NCBI GenBank assembly: GCA_965645245.1
Contig: OZ287084.1
Span: forward strand, 1,302,001 to 1,366,000
Length of the DNA stretch: 64,000 nt
From: Massalongia carnosa
Taxonomy: Eukaryota
Direction: 5' to 3'
Shown: piece after piece, positions 51,155 through 62,723 of the stretch
Layout: each line of letters opens with the position of its first letter
Position numbering within the stretch: the stretch's first letter is position 1
The notes under the pieces: model-generated
The model's database searches: none
The model's input: only the letters and a program-made list of their open reading frames with translations
Told to the model about the DNA's origin: nothing
Position numbers and translations under genes: made by a program

Positions 51155-52475
51155 TCTAGCTATCCAGAACCCCCAAGAGGTATATGGGTCCTCTTCAGTC
51201 CTTCCTTTGTCGGGGGCACGAGACGAAGTTCACATTAAAAGGCATGCTCACCGGTTGATTAGGTATATGTTTTCTGCAGGCAGACAAGGCTGAGCCTCAA
51301 TCTCGTTTGACGAGATGCAGGCAGACTTGGGGGCCACATTTGGAAAATTAGCTGTCTGAACGGTTTGGTCTAGCCGATTCTAGGGTCGGCTGGTGTGCTT
51401 GCATTGATTAGAACTCTAACCATTGGCGGTTCTTATCCTCAATATCGTCTGCTAAGATATCTTAGGGTCTTGGCAGTTGGAAGGTTCAGTCTGATCACTT
51501 ATTAGAGTAGGTACTCTGTACTCCGTAGACCTTTTGCAGTCCTTCTTCATGACTGAATCTTTGCAGCGCGAGGTTATGAAGCATTGCCAGCTCATACAGT
51601 TCTTTTCCCCTTTCGTTCCCGCTATTTGATAGTCACGCTGTCTTTCAAAAGCAAAACGATACCCCCTAGCATCGACTTCTGCGGTTCATTGGCCACCTGC
51701 TGTGCCTCAACAAGCTGGGCGTATTTTCAAGTTACAACCTATGCAGCGATTTGGCTGTCAGTATAGTACATGAAAGATCCGTACTTACTATATCGGATGC
51801 GGCTTAAACACCTAAAGTAGCTCTTATGATTGGACGAAGAAGATGAAGTTATCAATCGTTTACAAAGTACGGAGTACTCTGTATGGTATAATAGAATAGG
51901 TAATACATAATCCTTGTAAGAGAAAACAAAACCACCACCCCACCATTGGGCCAGCGCTAACAGGAATCGAACCTATTATGATAACAACGAATTTAGCTCA
52001 CTGTACTCTGTACGTACCTTACGAACAGCTAGGTAAATCGCTGAATAAGTTAAACTGCCGAGACAGTAGAGACAAAAAGGGTTTTTTGGCGTCTGATATC
52101 GTCCTGCGATTGGCGAGTTCAAGATCTACAATTATTGCCAAGACTCACGGGTTCACAAGGGCAAAAACAAGCGAGACCAGGGTCCTTCCCGCTACTCAGT
52201 CAATAATCAAACCCTAACCCACCAACCCTAACTCAACCCCTGCCCTAGTCTTGACTACCGAGTATCCTATTGAGAGACCCCAATTAATAGTAACGGATAC
52301 CCTATCTGTGACTCCCATACCTCAGCCCAGTAGGTACCCACACAGTTAGCCGATATTAACTCGCAGCCTTGCTGAAGCTCTCTTCCACCCGGGAAACCAC
52401 CTCGACTACCTACGCCAACATGAGCATGTCATCCAGTCATCAACGACTTCAGTTCTTGCGTCTCAAACGTGCAAG

Positions 52476-55465
52476 ATGGAGAGTGCTCAATATATCGCAC
52501 TCCATACGAAATGTCTACATCTCTGCGACGGCTATTTCATCGGCGTAACGCATGCCCCCCTAATGTATCTGTCGTTGGGGAGGTCGTTGGAGAGTTTGGC
52601 CTTTGGCTTGGAGCATCTCTGCATGGAAGCCAGCCATCCAAGCTCTCGTGCGTCTTCGGCCCAAAGTCCTCAAGAAGGCAGAAGCAACTCGTTAGAGAAG
52701 TTCAGCTAACAATGGATTGCAGGTATTGTGCAGCCCAATAGTCGCCATTCAGCTGAAAAGGTCTTGTGGCTGGCACTCTATCGGCTCTCGATTCTGCTAC
52801 ATGACATCGAGAGTTTACTTCGACGTTTGAAAGTTACAAAGGACAAACCGCCACAATGGTGGCTAAACTTTGCGCAAAAAGCAAGGTTTGGTCATCAAGA
52901 GAGCTTCATGGACTTGATCCAGAGATTAGACTTTCATACCTGGGCGCTTCAGCTAACAACGAAAACATTCAACCGGTAACAGTTGCGAAACGCTTTGGAT
53001 CCAGCACTTTTACTAACGAGCTTTAGTGAGGTTCTGGGCCGAAAGTTGGATATGTTTACTCTCTGGACCGCGACTCTGGAAACTGTGATGCAACAACAGT
53101 TGAATGCCACGGCCTATGGAAATGAAAGCTCTAGCATCCGCTCAGCTACGGATCAGGGTGTTGATATTATCCAAGAGTTTATCGCATTCTCGGACTATCA
53201 TGATGGTAGAGATATTTTCGAGGTGGCAAATATCATGACTATGGTGAGGCTGGCCATGTACTGGACGCACCATGGCATAGATGCTCTGAAAAGCATCGAA
53301 ACGACCAAATCGCTTCCAATCAAGGGCTATGCGAACATACTCAAGGCGGGATGGATCTTGCAGAGGCTGCAATTAGACCAAAGATCTCGAATTGATGAGT
53401 GCACAGCAATCATCGTGTCGCTGTCAGAGGTATGACCATTGAGTTCGTCCTGAACGCTTTGACGAGGCGCTCTTTAATACTTCCGTAGGACGTGGTTTTT
53501 GAATTGAAGAGAATCAACGAGCTCAAGGTGTCACTCCCAGCGAATGAACAGCTTCTTCAAGACGCAGATTTAAGGATTTGGCTGGATGATTTGGAAGAGA
53601 ACGAAGCGGAAAGGAAGCATGAGCGAGAAGAAGCCATTGCACATCTAGCCCATAATGCCATCAACACAATAATCCCCTCTCTGAGAATCGAGGAAAGAGC
53701 CTATCCATCCACACAGAGACCATCCCAGGACACTCCAAATGTAACAGCTAGATTACATCGATCTTCCGTTGGATCGGATTCGCTACCGATGAGTCCTTCA
53801 CAGGCTTCCGCCAACGATCTAATGCGTTCACCCGATTCTCGAACCACTAACGCAACCTTCGCCTCCAGCCTTGACACGCAACAATCTCCGATGTTATCGC
53901 ACCAGAGCTCGCAATCTTCGTCAGGGTCCTCGAACCCAATGTGGAGGAAACCACTTCCACGGGTACAGCTTCCAACTCTGAATGAGCCTTTCGAGCGTAC
54001 CCAACCGCCGACATCGCCGCTGCAAAGGCGAACCACCCTGTCGCCGAATTCAATGCAGTTTGGTGTTCCTCCACTTCATACGTATTCTAGTTCAAGAGAC
54101 ATCAGCGGAAGAGAGGCAAGACTCGGAGAACAAAGGCCCTCTCCAAACCCGCAAGGTGTAAATCCATCAAGGCAATCCTTAGATCGCTCACCGCACACAA
54201 ACGTATCGGACCTCGAAGCCTATGATCCGTCAAATCCGCCCTCCAACCTCGGCAGCCAAAAACACTCATCACATTACGATGATGTCCCTCCATCTTCCAA
54301 CCAGGATCTAAGGGATCTAGACGAAAGGCCGGGAGAAGTGGAGATTATGAAAAACTGCTTCCAGCCAATGGTTCTATCCGCCTCGGAGTCTTTCGAGGCT
54401 CAACCCCATTGGGAGAGCTGCAGCATCCGTATCTTCCGCCGCGCCGACACCAGCGTCCGTATCCTTACGTTTCGAGACTCCGGCATCGACCAACGCTTTA
54501 TATCCCCTAAAGAAACCGAGATCGTCCCCGAATACGGCTATCACAAGGACCTCCCTGTCATCTATCTCCGTAAAACCCGATCGGACGCCTATTACCAGTC
54601 CTCGACCTCCCAGCGTCCAAACCCCTTCCTAGGCGCCGAAGACCTTTCCGCCGCAAGCTTATACTACCGCTTCGACAACGCTAAGGACATGTTCAACTTC
54701 CAGTTGGCTTTCACGGGTGAAGCAGTTGAGATCGACATCAAAATCGTACGCACCGTGCGTTACAAGCGCAATCTCCTTGGTGGCGAACATAGCAACTACA
54801 AAGCCCGCATTCAGTTGTGGCGCGAGCAGACCTTTCCCACCGTCGGCAGCGGCAACGGTGCCGCATCTTTATTCGCCGGATCGATTTCGGGGACAATTCG
54901 CTCGCAAGGGGTCGCGGAGAGTCTGCTCAAAGTCCCAAGTACTCGCATGGTGATTTTTTTTGAGGACACAATGGTCATCCTTTTCGGTATGTTTCCCTAC
55001 ATCCAGCTTGTTGAAGTAAGCACATTCTGATATCAACAGTCACCGACAGCGTCGCTATCGAGGCCCGCGCTGGCACCAATGTAATGCGTATCAAACCTAG
55101 TTCCTACCGCACTTTCGGTAACCCTAGCTCTGTGCGCGCGCGATTCCTCGGCTCCCGCGCGCAGTCTGGTGGCTTGCTGCTTGACAAGAAAGGGCTCACT
55201 TACGAAAGCGAAGACAGCTTCGAGGAGTTCAAATGGTTTGAAATCGACTTTGACAGTGAAGAAGGTATGTTTTTTTTTGGCTTTTTCTTTCATTTTTTGG
55301 GATCTTTGAATTTCAAGTTCAACATCTGATCTTATTCTCTGAAAAACAGAAATGTCCTGCTTCCGCAAAGACTTCTGCGCCATCATTGCTGAGCGCCGCG
55401 CAGAGCGTCGGCGCGTGGAGGATCTGAAGCGTATGGCTGCGAACGGGGTGCGGTCGTCCCGATGA
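52476..55465 (+). CDS. Multi-exon hypothetical protein: helical N-terminus, S/P-rich linker, beta-rich C-terminal region
   Basis: Successive ORFs 52476, 52728, 52983, 53492 and 55084 are separated by short intron-like gaps; the last exon ends with TGA at about 55465. Confidence 0.7.
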
Positions 55466-55616
55466 GGTGATGGCGTTACTGCTGTGGATAGGATGAGGAA
55501 AGGTGAATCCAACCAGACGCCGCTATTCGGGGAACAGGTAGTAGCAGTAATCTAATTATTCCTTGGATCATTGAAACTTCACGCTATATAGACCATTGAT
55601 TAGGAATGACGGGGCG

Positions 55617-57472
55617 TCAGTAACATTTGTTATGCTTCAGAAGTACACCTCTTGTGAAAAGCAATTGCAGGGTTTTATAGTGCCGCGTCTGAGATGCGCG
55701 TCTTCTTTTGGTGCAGTTTTTATTCATTTCCTCTAATGGTCGGCGTCGCTTGAGCTGAGGTAGTTGACTTTTGCAGGACAGGCAATATGTCTTTTTAGAC
55801 AAATGCTCCCATTCGCACGGGGACGGAGTCGACTTGACATTCCGATTAGAAATTACCACGACGTCTTATGGGCCTTTTCGTAGGGCACCAGCCTGATTAG
55901 TGAGTAAAGCTTTCACTATTTCTTGTTGAAAATCTCGATGACTCAACGCTGAATTAGGGTACAGAATTTGCCAAAGCTTGAAAGCGTTCAACACGGCTAA
56001 TTTCAAAAGAAAAATGAATAAAGGCCACCAATAGCGACGGTCAGATGCCTAAGGATTATAGTACGATCGCTGTTGTGCATTACCATCCGACCCACTCGTG
56101 TGTTGATTGTATTCGACGATAAGCATTGGAAATGGAAGCTTCTTTTCATTAGCATCACCATTAATAGTAACAGCTGAATCTTTGGGAGTTCCATGACGAC
56201 GCCGAGAATCTTTATAGACGACGGTTGATAAACCCTCAATGATGAGTAGTAGTCATAAATTGTACTTTGTTTAAATCCATCCAAGCTAAACACAACACAT
56301 CGCCTTCTTCAATGTTTAATTTCTTATCAGCTTTGACCGTCATCAAAGCTTTTTTCCCCCAGTCCTTATTCTTAGTAGCAGCTGCACGAAGTCGTAAAAG
56401 TTCCATGAGAAATCCACATCCGGCCTTAGCCGTCCCACAAGCACCTATCCCCATGGTTTTTAAAGCTTTGAATAACTTCGTACTGGTGACGAAGTTATCT
56501 AGAAATATAACGTATTTCAAAGTTTCGTAGGAAGGTAAACTCTGGCTTAGTTGAATGACAACTAGGGATGAAGGTGTTAAGTTCCACTTGGTGGATGGAA
56601 AATTTAATTGACGGGGCTTTTCAGTTCACTAATTTTCGACACCTACTTTCGAAGTCAGTACGAAAAGTGTTTTTTCTTTTTTTCTTTTTGTCTTTTCATC
56701 TTACCTTTGAAGTAAAAAGAAAATCAAAGAGATAATTTTCTTGACATAGACTATAGATTTTAAAACCTACCCCAGCAGCTTTGGTGGCAATTTGCATAGT
56801 GTGACAACTTCTCTCTCTGAATAAAAGCAATTGTTCATCAATTGACAAATGACTACCAGGTATCCAATACTTTTTTGAAGTCATTCGAAAATTCGTTGCT
56901 AAAGGCTCAAGCTTTTCCACTAATCAGGGTCACGCGTATCATCAATATTCTCATCATCATCGGGATTGGAAATTTTCAAAACCCGTTTGAGTTGCTGCCA
57001 GCGGCAACGAGCCATAGTCTGAAAACCCAATTCATAAATAGCAAATTTAGGGTCCGTTATCCAGTAATCAGTCGTACGAGGCATTGGCATGTAGCCCATG
57101 TATAACAGTATTCCAAGAAAAACACCTATTTTCAGCAGCAGAGGTGCTGTGCCAAAGACGTCGATGCTTGAAGTTGTTGGTGGAGTACTCCTTACCCGCT
57201 TTTAGATTCGTGTTCTGAGCCATGATTTCAAGTAGTTCAGAGCTAAAGAAGAGGGAGAATAGACTGAAAGGAGTCTGAGTTCTCAAGCGCAGCATCTCGT
57301 CTGCCTGAGGTGGACGAAATGAGACAGACACTGGAGAATATCTTGAAGAAGAGGGAGGAATGGAGTCAATAATACTTTGCACACTGGGGGGGTTTTTTTT
57401 GGCCTGTTCTTTCAGCACCGAGGGAGGCAAGACATCTGATTGATCAGGAACCTCAATTTCAATGCCTTTCAT
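55617..57472 (-). mobile_element. piggyBac-like transposase (DDE_Tnp_1_7), fragmented
   Basis: PFSLFSLFF...TN, LSIDEQ...K...GFKIY, FLDNFVTS...GACGT, EYNQHTSGSD and a C-terminal Cys/His-rich region; frameshifts. TIRs and TTAA not identified. Confidence 0.88.
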
Positions 57473-58074
57473 AATGTTTTATTCAAGAAATTTATAATGT
57501 TAAAGTGATGTTCAGGTAATGTTTAGGTGACATTTAGGTGATGTTTACATTATTTATCTACTATGCGCGAAAGAAAGGGGTAAATTTTTTTGATGTTCGT
57601 GACTTGGCCTTAACTATTGTATTAAGCCTATTCGGGGTGGCTGCCATTCTGGTCAACGGGATACTAATACCGGGATCACTACCTTGGGGTCTGTTCGGTA
57701 ACATTAAGACTGCTCCTTTTTGCACCCCTGAATAAGCTGGTGTCCGTGCGTTTATAGCGTCTTATTCGCGGCTACAATAAGAAGCTATTGACAAGTAAGT
57801 AAACTCGTCGTATATTCTTTGCCTCTAATCGACTCATGCTGAGTAGTCAGAATTAGATTGGGAACAATTCTCATCAAGATTAAATTGATAACCGTCGCTG
57901 TTTGCGATCGTCGCTGCAAGTAGTGTTCCATATTTAAAAGACATACAATCGTTGAATACAGAGGCAAATAGAACCCTCCTTAATAAAAAAAGGACCTCGC
58001 GACCACCTTCTTTTGGCCCCCTGCAACAATCCCTGCAGACCCTTTGCAATATACCAATTATAGAACTTGCCGCG

Positions 58075-58179
58075 AAGGAGACTCCTTAAAAAATAAGGAG
58101 GAGGCCGAACCGAACGGAAGGCCTTTTTCATTATAAGGAGGTTCCATCTTTTCAAGAAGGAGGCTCCTTATAAATGAAA
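58075..58179. repeat. AAGGAG/CTCCTT inverted-repeat cluster
   Basis: AAGGAG-A-CTCCTT at 58075-58087, AAGGAG-G-CTCCTT at 58157-58169, and TTTCATTATAAGGAG (58126-58140) pairing with CTCCTTATAAATGAAA (58164-58179). Confidence 0.75.
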
Positions 58180-58570
58180 TAATACTTAATTATCGAGCGG
58201 CCTTCCCCGATTGAGCGTAAAATATCAACTCAATCATGTTATACCATACCGCCGTTTTTTATATGTGTTATTTTTATGTTTTGGAACCGCGCGGTTGAAT
58301 ATGTGCACTAAAGAACGTCATCAAGGGATGGCGAGCATGCTTTTTTAACTCGATGCAAGCTAGACAAAAAGCCCGGGTCTCAGTCTACAATGGACATCGA
58401 TTTGGGTCACGAAAATAGTAAGAGAAAGTCGGTTGCAGCCGGTCATTGATTCATAATTAGCTATTGCATCTCTATAGCTAGACTATCCACGGCAAAGCCG
58501 CGCTGCGCGGATTTGCCACATGACATGTGGTCTCTACCTCTTTCTTCCCTTAACTGCCTTTTTCGCTGAT

Positions 58571-61008
58571 TTATTGGCCGCCTCTACCGGTCCAAGGTTG
58601 GATTTGGCGCTTTTGATTTTGGCGGCCTTCGGGGTCTTGATGTCCTTTTGTAGCTTTGCCGCGTTTGCTAGAACTTGAAAAATCTGTCGGGTCTTCTGGA
58701 TCGTCAGCCGGGAGCAGGACCTCGGCTTTGTAGTCTATCTTGAAGCTAAATCCTTCACACTTAAATTCTTCAAAGGAAGGCCGAATTGATGGAACTCGCA
58801 TTAAGATTAAAACCAGACGACATAGATGCGTAGGTAAGCATCGAAGGCGATAGACGTTAACTCCTGTGAAGATCGACGAGGCGTTTGAAGAGGTTTGTCT
58901 CTTGAGTTGTTGATGAATGTCTGAGCTCGATGAGCTTTTGGGGTTGCGTTCAAGCTTGACGCCCTTATTTCACTAAAAGCGTAACGGATAAAAGGTTCAG
59001 TCTGATGACCTGATGAAGTAAGGCTTAACCTATTATCTCCATCTTCTTGCCCTTGATTTTCCTTATCGCTCGTCGTGTCGCTGTCACTTGTCTTTTTCAG
59101 CGTTTTCCTTTTGACGTTCATCGCATACCCTCTTTGAATCGCCCAACTGTTTCTTCGCTCATCAAATTCTGTTTTGGCAGGATTGCTTAATGGTACTAAG
59201 ATTCTTTTTTTTTATATCATTGTGCCGCTTCCATTCTTCGAACATTTCCCCCTCGGCCAGATCTATCGCTTGACCCCGTTTGAGAATATCCAGAATTTCT
59301 GCGCTGTGAAGTTTCATGTCACTCCAGAAACCATCGATGAATCTCGTCATATTCGATTCATCGCTTATAAGATCTGCCCAAGTTGCTAAGGATTTCAACA
59401 CGTCGTATGGCAATATCACCGATGGGAAAAATTGTATGTGAGAATTGGGAAATAGGATTTGTGCCTTGTTTTTTCTCCATTCTTCTAATTGACGAGTGAA
59501 CCATGAACGCTTAGAAGCATTCCGAGCATTATCTGTGTTCAATATGTCATGAGGAAGTGTCGATGTCTGCGATTCAGGGTTGCAAGTCGAGCAACATGGC
59601 AGCGGCTTCTCAACTTTCGGACGACGCATATGTATCATCATCAAAAAACGCCAGCCCGGTTTCTCGAATGCATGCATCTGAAGCGACGTTGATCATTTCA
59701 TGTAGTCCATGCGGCATGTCGCGCCTCCGATCCGCATCCAATTTCTTTGTGCCTTCTTATCAACGCCGGAGGCGGCTTGGGTTATCGGCTGACCCAGCAA
59801 ATCCTGAGTGAATAGGACCTTGCCGCGCTTCGGCCCCACACACCATGGCGGATGCAGAAAGATGAAATGAGCCCGACGTCCACCGCTTCGCATGGCGCGT
59901 CCCATACGCTGATAGAGTTTCTGCTTTGATGAAGATAAAAGCCACTGCGCCACTCTTTCAATATCGGGATTGTCAATGCCCAACCCATATGCATCCGTTG
60001 CAATCAATATTCGAGGCCATGCACACTCTTCCGAAGATATCCTGAACTGACACTGAACCAGCTGCTTATCAAACGAAGCCATATCAGCAAAATAAAGACT
60101 ATCCAATGATAAGATTCTTTAGGATATCCTAGCTGTCTCATCCAATTGCGCATCAAATTACATGCGGTTTTGATGGAACTTATCGTGTCCATGTAAATTA
60201 TTGTCTTTGGAACATCAAAAGGAGTTTCGGCTCGAATCGGTAAAAGATGTTAAAGGTCAAGCATTCCAGATTGTTGTTTCAATAAAGAACTGACTTGAAT
60301 GTAAATCTCTGGTCGATCAAGAGGAACTTTAATAAGACGAGTTTCATCATGAAATCCACATTGACTTCTGACGCAGTTCAGGGTTTCTTCATCCAAAGTT
60401 GCAGAAACTCTCAAAAAAGGTATTCCATCTGGCAATCGGGTTCGAAGCACTCCAAGGTTGAAGTATTCCGGTCGGAAATCGCGTCATTCTAATACCAGAT
60501 GCAGCTCGTCGATGGCCAATAGACAAAGATTTGAGAAATGACGAATGACTGAGAACTATTTCGTTAAATCGCTTCGATGTTGCTATTTCTGGACTTGTGA
60601 ATACTGTAGTTGTTAGAGCGCTGACTTGTACACAACAGGACTATTCGACTTATAATGAGTGTAACAACTTTGACGAATATCAGTCAAGGTAGACGACTTA
60701 TTATTATCTCCGTTCAACACTATGGGTCGACAGTTTTTGATGAAGGTAAGTTTTTCACATTGCTCCTCTTCCAATGCAATCAAAGGCATGATTATCAACA
60801 CTGACTTGCAAGGCGAAAACATCAAAGAAGCAGCTTGAAACAGTATGCTCTTTCCGAAACTTGTTTTTGCTATCAAGATCAAATCCATCCTATCACACAA
60901 CAGATGATGAAGCGCATCCACCTGCTCCCTCTTTGGATGAAATCCGAAAAACTGATCAACAACGCTCTCGATCTTCCCACGAGTCAACATCTGTATCGCG
61001 TCACTCAT
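58571..61008 (-). pseudogene. RecQ-like SF2 helicase, disrupted
   Basis: Motif I AKTSFGKS, Ia MPLIALEEEQ, FTSPE, II IDELH, FRPEY, III SATL, V ATDAYGLGID, VI QRMGRAMR, Zn-type CCSTC, HRDC-like LEEWR region. Stops, frameshifts and a donor site reading ATAAGT. The 3' limit is uncertain. Confidence 0.9.
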
Positions 61009-61276
61009 ATTGATGTAATATCGTTACAACAAGAAAGCACGCTAGCAAGGGCGTCTTTTAGACCAGCATGTGCGCAGAGCTCATAGAAGAAAGGTCAACA
61101 TAGTCTCAATCCACCCAAAACAAGCTCTTTGCGAGCCCCAGGATAATATTATCCCGCCATTAGAGCCTACAACCTGCCCAACCCCATCATATGAAGAAGA
61201 GTCTACAGCGTATACGAGAGGTCACGAAAACTCTATACCCGATATGTAGCTTCAGCCTAGCGAGCCGTACGATATT

Positions 61277-62059
61277 GTGCCACTGAATAACCTCAGATAC
61301 GTCTTCGGATCGTGGGGTTTAAGTGATTTATCAGACTCGAGCAGTAGTATGACACTCGTTGGGAAGCAATCCCCTCAACAACCCGACGACTCTTCTGTGT
61401 TTCTTACGGGTGGGGATCAGACGAGGCGTGACATGACCGATTCTTTATTCTGCACATGGGATGCGGCTATCGATTACAGCGCGGTACCCCAGGCAGGGGC
61501 CAACTTGAACGATGGGAAGTCATCCCGATTGTTTGAACAAACAATTACTTTGGAGCCAATCATACGCGATGATCAGTTGCAACTGAATTATTCGTTCTCT
61601 GATCAACAGCCACTTTATAGCTCAATGGCTTCTTCGACTATAAATCATCCTGGAGCTTCGATAAACTCCCTCTTCTGTACATGGGAGGTAGGTATTGAAA
61701 CGAATGTGCTGCCTCATTACACAAACACTGCGAACCAGGAGGAATTTTCTGAATCCTCTTCCCTTCCACCGCCTTCTTCCGAGATTGCTACAGATTGTGC
61801 TCTGCTAAATTATGCGGACTTTGAGGCGAGAATGCTCCTTGACTATTCCACGACATATGCAGAGCCTCATATGAGTACGCTACAAGCGAATTGTGGCTTA
61901 ATAGCTTCCTTGTTCTGCACGTGGAACGCAAGTGCTGATCCAAACGGACTGCTCCAGCCTGCCAATGTCGATTGTGAAGGGCTTCCGCCGTTACACTATT
62001 CACTCACCCAGGAAACTCAGCCCGTCTCTGGTAGCGCTCCAAACGCTTTTCCCCCTTGA
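61277..62059 (+). CDS. Hypothetical ORF with three SLFCTW repeats (possibly a gene fragment)
   Basis: 260-codon open frame; SLFCTW at 61442, 61667 and 61907 with synonymous codon differences. Confidence 0.55.
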   Translation: MPLNNLRYVFGSWGLSDLSDSSSSMTLVGKQSPQQPDDSSVFLTGGDQTRRDMTDSLFCTWDAAIDYSAVPQAGANLNDGKSSRLFEQTITLEPIIRDDQLQLNYSFSDQQPLYSSMASSTINHPGASINSLFCTWEVGIETNVLPHYTNTANQEEFSESSSLPPPSSEIATDCALLNYADFEARMLLDYSTTYAEPHMSTLQANCGLIASLFCTWNASADPNGLLQPANVDCEGLPPLHYSLTQETQPVSGSAPNAFPP

Positions 62060-62186
62060 AGTAATCTTGCACCTAGGAATTACGATCTAGGTTGAAGGGC
62101 TCTGTTCTTGTAATCACACTACTGATAATAAATCCTCGAGTAAGTTTCATCTCATCTTTTATCGATTTGACGATCATGACACGTTG

Positions 62187-62320
62187 TTCGACACCGCAAA
62201 GCTCGACACTGCAAAGCTCGACATTGCAAAGCTCGACACTGCAAAGCTCGACACTGCAAAGCTCGACACTGCAAATATCAAAACGACAAGCTTCGACATA
62301 GCAAGCTTCGACACAGCAAG
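62187..62320 (+). repeat. 15-bp minisatellite GACACTGCAAAGCTC (about 6 good plus 3 degenerate copies)
   Basis: Directly visible; reads DTAKL repeats in one frame. Confidence 0.92.
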
Positions 62321-62723
62321 GTCTCTAAATAGCAATGAATCAATTCTATCTGTCTTCAACAAGTTCTCACGTCTGAAGGACCCCCGGGGGAAGAGCAGGA
62401 TGACAACGACTTTAATGCCATCATGTTAAAGGGTTGCGGAACTCATTCGAGTATCCTAGGATAACCTGGGCTCGATGTGCTCTCATGGCATATCCGGCTC
62501 GGAGCGTGCGAATTGACGATAAGTTCTGTAGGCAGAAGTAGTCTTACCATACTTGAATGAAAAACCCTGCCACTTCGTGAGCCTCTTGATTGAGAGCGGA
62601 CTTTTCTCAAAGAGAAAAAGACCCACTTCGCTCAACTGTCTTCCAAATTTCTTGGAATGAATGACTTCGGTCTGATCCTTAGCCTCATCTTGATTCTCTG
62701 GCAAACCGTCAATCCCACTCGTA

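Noticed and set aside
52210..52250. CCCTAA telomere-like motifs
   Set aside because: Only two non-tandem copies; not an interstitial telomere.
55576..57760. ACGCTATA / TATAGCGT as piggyBac TIRs
   Set aside because: Only 8 bp of match and no flanking TTAA.
62187..62320. CRISPR-like array
   Set aside because: No spacers, 15-bp tandem unit, eukaryotic context.
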